This document shows positions 8,788 to 18,281 of a stretch of 32,000 nucleotides of DNA, piece by piece (position 1 is the first letter of the stretch; each line of letters starts with the position of its first letter). The notes beneath the pieces are model-generated. The model was not told the origin of the DNA. It saw only the letters and a program-made list of their open reading frames with translations, and made no database searches. Position numbers and translations under genes: made by a program. The stretch spans positions 13,595 to 45,594 of the forward strand of contig CAZECW010000027.1 of assembly GCA_964510585.1 (NCBI GenBank), written 5' to 3'. The DNA comes from an uncultured archaeon (GTDB taxonomy: Archaea; Asgardarchaeota; Jordiarchaeia; Jordiarchaeales; Jordiarchaeaceae).

Positions 8788-11652
8788 TTATTTTACTCGC
8801 CTTTTATCTAATTGTTCGATGAGGTTCATAAGTTCTTTCTTAAGTTTTTCTTTGCGTTTTAATTCTTTAGCGGTTATTACTCCCCCCTGTTCTTTTCTCT
8901 GCAATTCGTCGATTTGCATGCGGATTTCAATGAATCTGTCCCTTATGGTTTCTATCCCCTCTTTGTCTTGTGAGATCTCCCACATGGATTCTATGGTGTA
9001 GGGTACCTTGCTTAGAATTATGCTTGTTCGGATATAATCCATTTGAATCTTGTCATATCTGGGTTCTATCTGAGATTTTCTGGCTTGAAAATCCATTTCA
9101 CTAATTTTTCCTTCGCGATATTCCTGGTTCAGTTTCTGCAACTTTAAGCCCAGATTGTTGAGTTCCTCTTGGAGCTTCTCCCGTTCCCTAAGCAGTTTCA
9201 CAATTTTCTTTCTCTGAAGTGTCTCTACCTTATCCAAATCAATCAAGGAAGACAATATCTCCAATAGAGAAGCCTTTAATGTTGAAACTTCACCCTTCCA
9301 ATTTACAAGCTTTTCCCAGTTTTGCTCCTCAGCGCTAGACACAAATTCACGTAGCCTTTTTCTAATCCATTTCTCTTCTTCCACAGTGACACCACTGGTG
9401 ATACAGGTTGCGGTCAGTATATTTCCATCCTCCCGAATAAAGGTGCCGAACTCCGTCTCCAACTTTCTCAGACCGCCCTTCTTCATCTCGGCAAGGAAAG
9501 TCTTAACCGCTGACATAAAGCCCGAAACCAAAGTCGCATCCTGTTCCATCTTGAAAAAGTCAAAAGCCCACACAGTAACACCACTTGGAATGTAGTCAAC
9601 AATAATGTTCTCAAGACTAGCCATAGCCCTCAACGGAACCATGCGTCTCCTATGTACTCTACTAGCCACCATTCCCCCCACAGCCGCCAATCCCACAACA
9701 ACTCCTAAAGCGAGGTAACGTGTAATTTTCTGATTTTGCTCAGATAACATATTAGACACTAACAGGATTAAACCAGTTACCTCGGGATTAATAACCACGT
9801 AATATGGAGCCTTAAAGTTAATGGTAACAGTACCAGAAACACTCGACGCATAAAATCTTACGCCACTAGCTACGAAACGAATTTCGTGAACTCCAAAATC
9901 TGTGCCAAAATCCACAATGAAACTATAAGTACCGTTCCCATAATCCGTTTTATTATAAATAGGTAAAACCTTCGCACCCTCATAGGCCATTATTGCAGCA
10001 CCAGCCAACCCCTCCCCTGTTACATTATCATAGTAGAAAAGAGTTATTGGGACAGTATTAGGATACTCAACATGTTCAGGAAAACTAGTCACAACCAAGC
10101 CAGTAGCAATTAGAGGCACAATTTCCAGAACAGTTTCATTATATCCCACTGATAATCCATCCCTAAAACTAATCGTCACATTAAACATTCCGTGGGTGGT
10201 GGCTGTACTTCTCACATTCCAACTAAACACCACACTAGGAACACCCGACAAAGCCTTCGTATTTGTATAATTCAACCTTTGAGATGAATCATAAATATCC
10301 AGAGTCACACTTCCACTAACAGAAGCATCAAAGCTCACAGCGATCTCAAGAAAATCATCCAGGGTGGCGTTTTCAACAGGAACCCCACCAACCATAAAAC
10401 CTATGCCGGAAAGATAATTGGGAGCCGTGCAGTTAACAGTCCAAGTACCATTACCAGCAACAAAACTAATAGCATCGGGAGGGTGAGAGTCCAATGCAAC
10501 CCAATTGGCACCATCAAAAGCCATCGAGCTCGAATCACCCCAGTCTGAAGGAATACCCGTAATGTTAATATGATTAACACCAGTGCCAGTCATAGGGAAG
10601 GCGTTTTCAGCATCGATGGTAACATTCCAAAAAGCGTCACTATTATTATAAACAACAAAATTAGTTGTAGCAGTGAAATTCCTGGCGTAGGTTACGTTCC
10701 AAACATAAGAAAAACTAACAGGGGCCCACCATGTAGAAGCTACATCATAAAAGATATATCCCGTTGAAACAGGTGTTTCGCTACCGCTAATCCAGTTTCC
10801 ATTACCCCTACTGGCGTCTAAAACAGTTGAACCATTAATAGTTAAACCCACTTCTGATGGAAGAAAAATATTACTAACATTTACTTTCAGCTTAAAATCA
10901 ACATTCAACGGTGACCAGGTTCCAGACTGGTATTCGTATGCGTATCCTCCACTAGACGGTGAGACTTGTTTCCAGTAAAACTTGGAGGAGTCTATGTTTT
11001 CAATACCGATGAAAAACGTGTTATCAAATGTAGTGGAAGTGTCAAGGAATTGATGGCCAAAATCCACATCAAACCAAATGGGGTTACCAGAGGGTATAGA
11101 AATGGTTGAAACATTTTTAATTAAATTATTCGGTACGGGCACTCCACCGCTGTTAATTGCATTGTAGACATAAAAGTGACCGATGCTTCCCCCACCGGGC
11201 GACCTTAACTCAACACTAACATTATCCAGGTAGGCGTTACTCGTCAATCTAAATGACATGGCAAGAAGGCTAATTTTTGTGTCGCCGTTGTACGGGTTAG
11301 GATTTGGTTCAATTGTAGTATTTGGTGCATTAATACCAGTGAGTGTTAGGTTTGCCCAGATGATTTTCCAACCGCTGGGACAGGGAACATAAATATCTGA
11401 AGAAGTGTTCGTGTAATTTGGCACATTATCATAATTGTTTGTAATATACAATAAAGCATTTAATTGATCTCCGCTGCCCGTGTATGATTTTGTCATGTTG
11501 TCCAAGTTATTCAAGTTTAGGAAGGTGAGGGGCTGATTCGGGCTTAATGTGGCGAGTATAGCGATTGTTGAAATGGCAAAAATCAGAAAGGTTGCTAACG
11601 CTACCCTTTCTTTCAATTTTATCCTCCCAAAGATAGAATTTTTAGTCTTCAT
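8788..11652 (-). CDS. Large membrane-anchored surface protein: N-terminal signal/anchor, beta-rich ectodomain, TM helix, cytoplasmic longin-like domain, coiled-coil tail
   Basis: Hydrophobic residues ~17-36. Residues ~40-620 are Asn/Ser/Thr/aromatic-rich with about 23 N-x-S/T sequons (eye count). TM ~646-663 followed by RVHRRR. Residues ~680-800 contain DATLVSGFMSAVKTF...NWKG, a pattern I associate with Asgard longin-like domains. Residues 805-954 are a charged heptad-rich helix. Confidence 0.8.
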   Translation of the reverse strand: MKTKNSIFGRIKLKERVALATFLIFAISTIAILATLSPNQPLTFLNLNNLDNMTKSYTGSGDQLNALLYITNNYDNVPNYTNTSSDIYVPCPSGWKIIWANLTLTGINAPNTTIEPNPNPYNGDTKISLLAMSFRLTSNAYLDNVSVELRSPGGGSIGHFYVYNAINSGGVPVPNNLIKNVSTISIPSGNPIWFDVDFGHQFLDTSTTFDNTFFIGIENIDSSKFYWKQVSPSSGGYAYEYQSGTWSPLNVDFKLKVNVSNIFLPSEVGLTINGSTVLDASRGNGNWISGSETPVSTGYIFYDVASTWWAPVSFSYVWNVTYARNFTATTNFVVYNNSDAFWNVTIDAENAFPMTGTGVNHINITGIPSDWGDSSSMAFDGANWVALDSHPPDAISFVAGNGTWTVNCTAPNYLSGIGFMVGGVPVENATLDDFLEIAVSFDASVSGSVTLDIYDSSQRLNYTNTKALSGVPSVVFSWNVRSTATTHGMFNVTISFRDGLSVGYNETVLEIVPLIATGLVVTSFPEHVEYPNTVPITLFYYDNVTGEGLAGAAIMAYEGAKVLPIYNKTDYGNGTYSFIVDFGTDFGVHEIRFVASGVRFYASSVSGTVTINFKAPYYVVINPEVTGLILLVSNMLSEQNQKITRYLALGVVVGLAAVGGMVASRVHRRRMVPLRAMASLENIIVDYIPSGVTVWAFDFFKMEQDATLVSGFMSAVKTFLAEMKKGGLRKLETEFGTFIREDGNILTATCITSGVTVEEEKWIRKRLREFVSSAEEQNWEKLVNWKGEVSTLKASLLEILSSLIDLDKVETLQRKKIVKLLREREKLQEELNNLGLKLQKLNQEYREGKISEMDFQARKSQIEPRYDKIQMDYIRTSIILSKVPYTIESMWEISQDKEGIETIRDRFIEIRMQIDELQRKEQGGVITAKELKRKEKLKKELMNLIEQLDKRRVK

Positions 11653-12099
11653 TTTTGGATTCTTGAGGTCTTCCCAATTTTTCGCCCTTAAATAATTTAT
11701 ATAATAATAAGTATTTTTAAATATTTACTTCTATAAAACATTAGATATTTCAAAAACATTTTTATAAAGATGGCGCCATTTCTCTTCTTTTTGGATAAGA
11801 ATTTATTGAGTTAAGTAAAATGGAATAGTAATAATCACAAAGTTGCAGAAAATTCTCCATCAAAATTACCTTCAAAAAACATCCAACGTATGGATTTCAC
11901 TCCAAAAGAGAAGAATGAACGAATAAGTGCGGAGGAATAACTAAATAAAGGGAGGTAAGGGTGTGACCAGAGTACATAAACCGTTAACTCTTAGTTAAAA
12001 ATATTATCAATCAATCGGGATAAGGCATCGACAATTGTTGATTTATGTTGGCGTGCCGGTGCTGCTCTTCCTTTGAAATTTAAAAAACTTTACGCAGTT

Positions 12100-12217
12100 G
12101 GGCGGGTATGTGTAGGGTTGATGATGGAATTGATTGATTTACCCTTCTCTTTCTATTTTAGCCCTTTTTTGGACATTTTTTGAAAAAAGGGGAATAAATA
12201 ATCCCTGTGTCCATATG
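12100..12217 (+). repeat. Dispersed noncoding repeat, copy A
   Basis: 12100-12159 aligns with the reverse complement of 31876-31937 at 47/60 identities plus one 2-nt gap. Gapped similarity continues to ~12217 (GGAATAAATAATCCCTGTGTCCATATG vs GGAAATAAAAAATTTCTGTTCTTATTG). Confidence 0.7.
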
Positions 12218-12604
12218 TTTAAACAACGCTCCTAGAATGTGGCTTGTTTTGATCCGCCTGTTTTTTAGCCTCTATGCTCCTTTTTTCCAGTGACATTTTC
12301 TGCACAGTGATGTCAAAAAGAGCGGAAAACAGATTCATCAAACCCAGCAACACCAGATTCTTAACACAAGGAGCGGCGATTAAACATATTGGAATAATTC
12401 TGTTTTTCACAAATTCAGGGTAAAAAGAGTTTAGTCTCATCACTTGTGTAATCCGCCCATAAAGTAATCTTCAACTGTATAACTCTTATAAAAGAATATG
12501 AGAGGCAGCTACAAAATTATCTGCGTAGATCTCCTATGTAGGTTGGGGAAGGGGTGGGCTTCTTTTTATTTTTCTGGTATTTTATTTTTGGGTTTGTTTT
12601 TTGT

Positions 12605-12670
12605 GCAAAAGATTTATATATATCTTAATGCGACATATTACACATATTATATCGTATAACATAATATGTC
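12605..12670 (+). promoter_or_regulatory. BRE/TATA promoter and candidate PadR operator
   Basis: GCAAAAGA then TTTATATA (12613-12620). Inverted repeat GACATATTA(12632-12640)/TAATATGTC(12662-12670) with an inner TTATA-tcg-TATAA (12647-12659), directly before the SD and start. Confidence 0.6.
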
Positions 12671-12682
12671 TTGGTGAAAATT

Positions 12683-13042
12683 ATGTCCAAAAAATCCATC
12701 CCTCAAGACCTAGTAGAAAACTGGAAAAGACAGTTACGAAAAGGAATCCTCGAACTCGCCGCCCTATCAAGTGTTGCAGAGGAAGAAGTTCACGGCTATG
12801 CATTGATAAACCGCCTCAAAGAGTACGGCATTCCGGTAACTTCAAGCACAATATACCCAATACTTCAGAGGCTCACAGACAATAACCTAATAGAATCAAG
12901 GTGGGCGGAGTTCGACCAGGGACACCCCCGAAAATACTACACGATCACGGAACAGGGAAAACTAGTACTCGCAGAACTGAGGGAAGAATGGAGAAACTTT
13001 ACCAACCTAATAAATTCTCTCATCCTGAAAGAAAAGAGGTGA
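12683..13042 (+). CDS. PadR-family transcriptional regulator
   Basis: QLRKGILELAAL...HGYALI...STIYPILQRL...GHPRKYYTITEQG is the PadR winged-helix signature. ATG at 12683 follows GGTGA. Confidence 0.93.
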   Translation: MSKKSIPQDLVENWKRQLRKGILELAALSSVAEEEVHGYALINRLKEYGIPVTSSTIYPILQRLTDNNLIESRWAEFDQGHPRKYYTITEQGKLVLAELREEWRNFTNLINSLILKEKR

Positions 13043-13047
13043 AGTGA

Positions 13048-13851
13048 ATGGTAAGCAAAGAAGCAGAAAACATGATAGAAGACTACCTGAAAAAAGTTGA
13101 AAAGAGTATGACTGAAGCGAGCAAAGCCAAGAAGCAAGAGGTACTCAAAACACTGAGATCCCACATAATGGACGCACTACAAGACCAGAAGGGAAAAATG
13201 CCCGAAACCGAAATAGTCAAAAACACGATAAAAGACTTGGGAGTGCCCAAAACAGAGCGTTTCGCTGAAAAGTTAATACCCTTGATTGTTTTAACAGTCG
13301 TTGGCCTATTCATCCTAACAGTAGAAAACATTGCTGGCCTCATGTACCATTTTTCGCTTCCCTACTTTGTATGCGTTTTCTCCGCGGTAGGAGTATGGGA
13401 AGTCTGGCGTAGAACCATAGGCGAAAGATTTGAGAACAGGAGAATAGACATTATTGGATTCTGGCTGATCTACCTAGTGGCTATAGTTGAACTATTCTTA
13501 CTTGAACATTACATTATTCCAGTAATGGGACCAGCAACCATACTGAAACTTGTAGGATTCGTTTCGGTAAGAGATGCACTCCTTGGGTTTGTTAACCCGC
13601 CAATCGTAGTGGATTTGCTTATGTATGAGGCTCTAAAGTCGCTTTCGTTTGAGATCCTTATCGTTTCAGCCCCAGGCGGAATCGGTTTAACAAGCATGGT
13701 TGCACTAAGCGCAGGTATCATAACAGTTTTGATGTCTGGCTTCTTGATTCTAAGGCCCCAAGAGTTCCAGAGTAAAAAGTGTTCAAACTGTGGGAAAGAA
13801 GTCGAAGGAAACGCGAAGTTTTGCTGGAATTGTGGAGAAGAAATCGCATAA
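13048..13851 (+). CDS. Membrane protein with N-terminal HAAS/DUF1700-like domain and C-terminal zinc ribbon
   Basis: IEDYLKKVEKSM...LRSHIMDAL...DLGVP N-terminus, typical of PadR-partner proteins. About 4-5 TM segments. CSNCG...FCWNCG at the C-terminus. Starts 5 nt after padR. Confidence 0.8.
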   Translation: MVSKEAENMIEDYLKKVEKSMTEASKAKKQEVLKTLRSHIMDALQDQKGKMPETEIVKNTIKDLGVPKTERFAEKLIPLIVLTVVGLFILTVENIAGLMYHFSLPYFVCVFSAVGVWEVWRRTIGERFENRRIDIIGFWLIYLVAIVELFLLEHYIIPVMGPATILKLVGFVSVRDALLGFVNPPIVVDLLMYEALKSLSFEILIVSAPGGIGLTSMVALSAGIITVLMSGFLILRPQEFQSKKCSNCGKEVEGNAKFCWNCGEEIA

Positions 13852-14339
13852 CTTCCATCTTCCCTTTTTCACTTTTTTGAGTACTAATTTCCGTCTTTTC
13901 TTGGATAAGTACAAAAAGAAGAATTAAATTGATAAGAGAGGTTTGTTTCTGTTCCTCTGAAAAATAAGTGGATTGACGACACTATGATAATCACCACCAC
14001 AATAAATGTATCAAGTGGATACCAGCACCAGTCAAATCTAGTCAGAACCAATACAAGTAATATGTTGCTGCATTTATTGGACCGAACTCTTTTGAAACTA
14101 AATAAACTGTAAAAAAGTTGGGGTTGAAATACTGAATCAGCCAATCGTTATTTAGGAAAACTGAAGGCAATCCTAAAAGTTCAGCGGAGAAAGGTACAGC
14201 CTTCTTTTTCCTGTATAATAATTGTCTCAAAAAAAGTTAATTATCTCCCAAATATTTTGATGTATTAGGATATTATTTTGAACATTTAAAGGACTATTTT
14301 CGGTAAGGATATTATTGAAATTTTTTGGGTGTCAAGAGT

Positions 14340-14585
14340 ATGGTAAAAGTTAGAGTCTATTCGACGCCGGAATGTCCCTATTGCAAGATGGTGAAGGAGT
14401 TTTTGAAGAGAAAGGGTGTAGAATTCGAGGACATAGATATTTCGTATGACGAAGAAGCGGTTAAGGAATTGTTTCAGAAATCTGGGCGATTTGATGTTCC
14501 CCAAATTGAAATCAACGGAAAAATGATCATGGGATTCGACAAAAAAGCTCTGGAAAAAGAGTTGGAAAACTCCCAAACCAAATAA
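14340..14585 (+). CDS. Glutaredoxin (NrdH/YruB-like)
   Basis: YSTPECPYC active site, VPQIEING cis-Pro motif, GFD. ATG at 14340. Confidence 0.92.
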   Translation: MVKVRVYSTPECPYCKMVKEFLKRKGVEFEDIDISYDEEAVKELFQKSGRFDVPQIEINGKMIMGFDKKALEKELENSQTK

Positions 14586-14939
14586 TTGCGCCGAGTGAAA
14601 AACCCAGCCACAGACAGACAAATAACAGAAACCACCATTCTACCACTATCTGTATAACCCCCTTCCAACTAGTCCACATATTTTCGAAGCAGAGATATAA
14701 TTGAGAAGAGTTCAAATGTTAAAAAGGAATATTAGGGCTCGTTTGGAAGAAGGATAGGTATGGAAAATATTAGCCGGGAATGTCGGTACATCTAAGACTT
14801 GTGCAGTGGTATATACTTCTATGCTTAAAGGATTGAAGCTATGTGGGTTGAGGGACTGCATAAAAAGAGCAAAGTTCTCCTTTTGGTTAAGTTTTTGAAC
14901 GTTACAAAAATAAAAAGGAGGGGGGAATGACGATGATTG

Positions 14940-16362
14940 TTACTTTACTTCTGGGCGTGTGTCTTTTAGGAAGATGACTATTGCTATTAGTGCTATACCA
15001 ACTATTACCACGAAGAGTATGGCTCCGAAGAATGCTCCGGGGAGGTTTAGTGGTGCGCTGGGTATTAGGCTGAACCACCATGCTCTGCTGACTGCGGAGA
15101 GGTAGCTTTGCCAGTAGTATATTTGGGATAGGAGGTAGGAGAATGAGGAGGTTTCTAGCGATTCCATGACTAGTGGTCCCACGGCGCCGCCTAGGTTTCC
15201 TAGGGTGTATAGGCCTCCGACTGCGAGGCCTGCCAGCATGGGTCCGATTGCTTTTGTTTCCATTGCGACTTGGAAGGATATGGGCATGGCGGAGAGTAGG
15301 AAGAATCCTAGTAGGAAGGCTGCAAGCATTATGATCCAGCCGCTCATTGTTCCTATGATGTAGACGAGTGGGGGTGTTACTATTGCTGTGAGGACTATGA
15401 AGGGTTTTCTTCTTTTTATCTTGTCTGATATTGTGGGAAGTATTAGGCATCCGAAGATTCCGCCGAAGGTGATTAATGCGCCTACTGTTCCTCCTGTAAT
15501 TTGTGACTGTGACACTATGATGGGTAGAAGGTAGGGGTTGGCTTGGGCGAGGTATACTTCAACGAATTTTTCGAAGATTGGTGCGTTTGAGGAGACAATG
15601 TTTTGTATCCAGGTTGTCAGGCCCAAATAAACTATGAAGCCTAAAGAATAGTGCCGAGAGTACCCAGAACTGTCTAACTCTTAGTATTCGACTGAAGCCC
15701 GCTCTTAGGGGTACCTCCTTTTCCTCAACTCTTGGTTCTGGGGGTAGGGGTGGCTTCTCTCTGGCAACTGCAAAGAATATGATTGCAACAATGACTGCCA
15801 TAAATCCGTAAATGAGGCTGAGGTTTCTTAGGCTCTCATAAGCGTTGAAAAGTGGGTTGCCTAACATGTTTACGAGCACTGGGGAGAGGAATAGTGGAAC
15901 CATTAGGCCCACGAATTGGGATAGCACTCCTATCCCTTGGGCTGTTGCGCCTTCCTTGAAGGGGAACCATTGGGTTGTTAGTTTTGAGATGCCGTCAAAA
16001 ACAAAGAGTCCTACTGTTGTTATTGCTATTTGGCTAATCAGCAAAGTTACTAGGTCTGGTGCGAAGGCTCTCAAAACTCCTATTACTGCGAAGGCAATGG
16101 CACTAAACCCGCTGGTTTTTTTCCATCCCCACTTATCAACACCTGCACCGAAGGGAAACGATAGTACGAAGGACACCAATGGGCCTTCGATGGTTAGGAG
16201 GGCAACTAAGCTTTGATCTGCAAACGGTCCGAATGCGAAGGCCACTGTTTGAGGTATTGTTGCGAACTCAATCCATAGGAGCTGTGTAATGAAGAAAACA
16301 AGGCAATAGGAGCCGAGTACTGCCCACCGCCGTCTATATACTTGGTAAGTGGCTTTGCTCAT
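14940..16362 (-). pseudogene. MFS transporter split by a single frameshift near 15643-15646
   Basis: The N-half ORF (15559-16362) has the MFS motif-A-like GAGVDKWGWKK and PPLPP after TM6. The C-half ORF (14940-15626) has SDKIKRRKP. Removing one T from TTC TTT AGG CTT joins them as ...LFLGFIVYLGLTTW. SD GAGGT precedes ATG 16362. Confidence 0.85.
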
Positions 16363-16402
16363 TTTAATTACCTCAAATTTTTGCCTTTTTTTGGAGGCAA
16401 CC

Positions 16403-16433
16403 CCTATTTAAACTATACGATTATGTAACATAA
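16403..16433 (-). promoter_or_regulatory. TATA-like box and perfect palindrome upstream of the MFS gene
   Basis: TTTAAATA on the minus strand near 16405-16412. TTATGT-A-ACATAA at 16421-16433. Confidence 0.4.
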
Positions 16434-16926
16434 ATATAATTTAATATAAAATTACAAATATATGAAAAATAGAAAAATTATTAACTTTACTAAAATAACA
16501 TATTTAATAGGAATAAACTATCCATAACAATTTTAAAAAGAAAACTTTACAAAATCAACCCACAAACCCGCTGAAAAATAAAGGAACCGTGACGATTTTC
16601 TTCCCCACAAAAAAGGGTAGATGCATATAACTATTAGGATAAGGAATGAAAGAAACAAATCATAAAAAATGAAACTGGAACATACCCTGCTCGCGAAACC
16701 CCCTTCGAAAAACTCCCTGCTTTTCGAAAAAAGCTCCATTTAGGGCATCCTTCCTCAGCTATGATTGCTTATCAAAAAGTCCAAAAACAAATTCTTGAGA
16801 GCCTCAGTGACATAGCACCCCGTTTTCGGCTGCAACAGCTTAAGCGTGTACAAGAGGTTTAAAAAGTCTTATAATGGAATTCAGCTCATGTCCAGTCTGA
16901 TAAACTTATTATTGGAGGATTAATAA

Positions 16927-17997
16927 TTGGATGAGATTTACAGAAAGCTGAGAGGGAAGCTCGACCGGGCTCCCATTGGATTTCCAGAAGGCAGAGGAGC
17001 CATCGAGATTCTCAAAAACCTTTTCACCCCCGAAGAGGCGGAACTGGCACTCAAACTCCCTATGATTACCAAATCTCTTGAGGAGATAGCCGCCGAGCTA
17101 AACGAAGACCCCGCAACTCTTAGAGAGAAGCTTGACGGTATGGCGAGTAGAGGAACAGTTTTAGCCGTAGAAAAAGAAGGAAAAAAGCTTTACCGACTAC
17201 TACCCTCCGTGGTGGGATTTTGGGAAACACCCTTCTGGCCAGGAAAAAAGGATGAGAGAACACTAAAGCTTGCTCCACTTTGGAGAAACTACTTTGAAGA
17301 AAAATTCGCTTACGAAGTGGGTGACAGGAAACAGATCATATTCCGCATCATACCCGTAGACATTGCCATATCGCCCAAATCTATGATAACTCCCTTTGAA
17401 GATGTTATCGAGCTCCTCAAACCCTTAAACTATTTTGCAGTTGCCCATTGCCCCTGTAGACAGATTGCAGCCTACACCGGCGATGGATGCGATCACTCAC
17501 TTGAGGTATGCCTTCACTTTGACAGTATTGGAGAATACATGGTAAAACATGGTTTAGCAAGAGAGATAACCAGGGAAGAAACAATAAAAATTCTCAGAAA
17601 AGCCAACGAGGAAGGACTCGTCCACATGACTGATAATCACCAGGGAAAAATCACCACAATATGCAACTGCTGCGGGTGCTGCTGCATATTCTTCAAAATG
17701 CTTAAAGAAATGAACCTACCCAGAGCAGTGGCAAAATCCAACTACGTAAGCAGGGTAGACACCGAGCTATGCGCAGCCTGTGGAACCTGCGCCGAACGCT
17801 GCCCCATGCAAGCAATAAAAGTAGACGACTTCGCAGTAGTAAACGAGGAAAAATGTGTGGGATGCGGAGTCTGCTACCCCACATGTCCACAAAAAGCCAT
17901 AACCCTCGTAAGAAGGCCCGAAGATAAAATCGTAGAAATCCCAGACAGAAAAACATACATAAACAACCTCCTCAAAGAAAAAGGACTAATCCCATAA
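16927..17997 (+). CDS. Iron-sulfur protein with N-terminal HTH-like region, Cys-rich centre and C-terminal 2x[4Fe-4S] ferredoxin domain
   Basis: CPCR...C...CLHF, ICNCCGCCC, CAACGTCAERCP and CVGCGVCYPTCP. TTG start after GGAGG. Confidence 0.85.
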   Translation: MDEIYRKLRGKLDRAPIGFPEGRGAIEILKNLFTPEEAELALKLPMITKSLEEIAAELNEDPATLREKLDGMASRGTVLAVEKEGKKLYRLLPSVVGFWETPFWPGKKDERTLKLAPLWRNYFEEKFAYEVGDRKQIIFRIIPVDIAISPKSMITPFEDVIELLKPLNYFAVAHCPCRQIAAYTGDGCDHSLEVCLHFDSIGEYMVKHGLAREITREETIKILRKANEEGLVHMTDNHQGKITTICNCCGCCCIFFKMLKEMNLPRAVAKSNYVSRVDTELCAACGTCAERCPMQAIKVDDFAVVNEEKCVGCGVCYPTCPQKAITLVRRPEDKIVEIPDRKTYINNLLKEKGLIP

Positions 17998-18281
17998 CTA
18001 GAAACCAACCCCTCTCCTTACCAAAAGTAACAAAACTCTCATAAAAAACAGTACCTACTACAAATTCACCCCTTTTCCCAATCATGACTCCCACGGTTAA
18101 TTCACAAAAAATATTTCAAGCGTATTTGCGCCGCAACAATTGATTATTGGTTCTTCTTGCGGTAATGTTTTATAAGACTGGCGATCCACTATTTTTTGGC
18201 TTGGCAAACAATGAAGTTTTGCATTTGATTTCCAACTCTCACCTGTCACTAAGGGATGTTGGACTTGCGGAGGCTTAATCC

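Noticed and set aside
11900-12090. Strong SD (GGGAGGT) followed by GTG at ~11962
   Set aside because: The frame stops after 11 codons, and the downstream pieces resemble nothing I recognise.
12219-12443. 74-aa minus-strand ORF
   Set aside because: No motif, no clear SD; cannot be supported as a gene.
13884-14230. Two short minus-strand hydrophobic ORFs
   Set aside because: Possibly membrane-protein debris, but no recognisable family or start signal.
16381-16400. TTGCCT...AGGCAA hairpin in the MFS leader as a riboswitch
   Set aside because: Only a 6-bp stem, with no aptamer-like structure.
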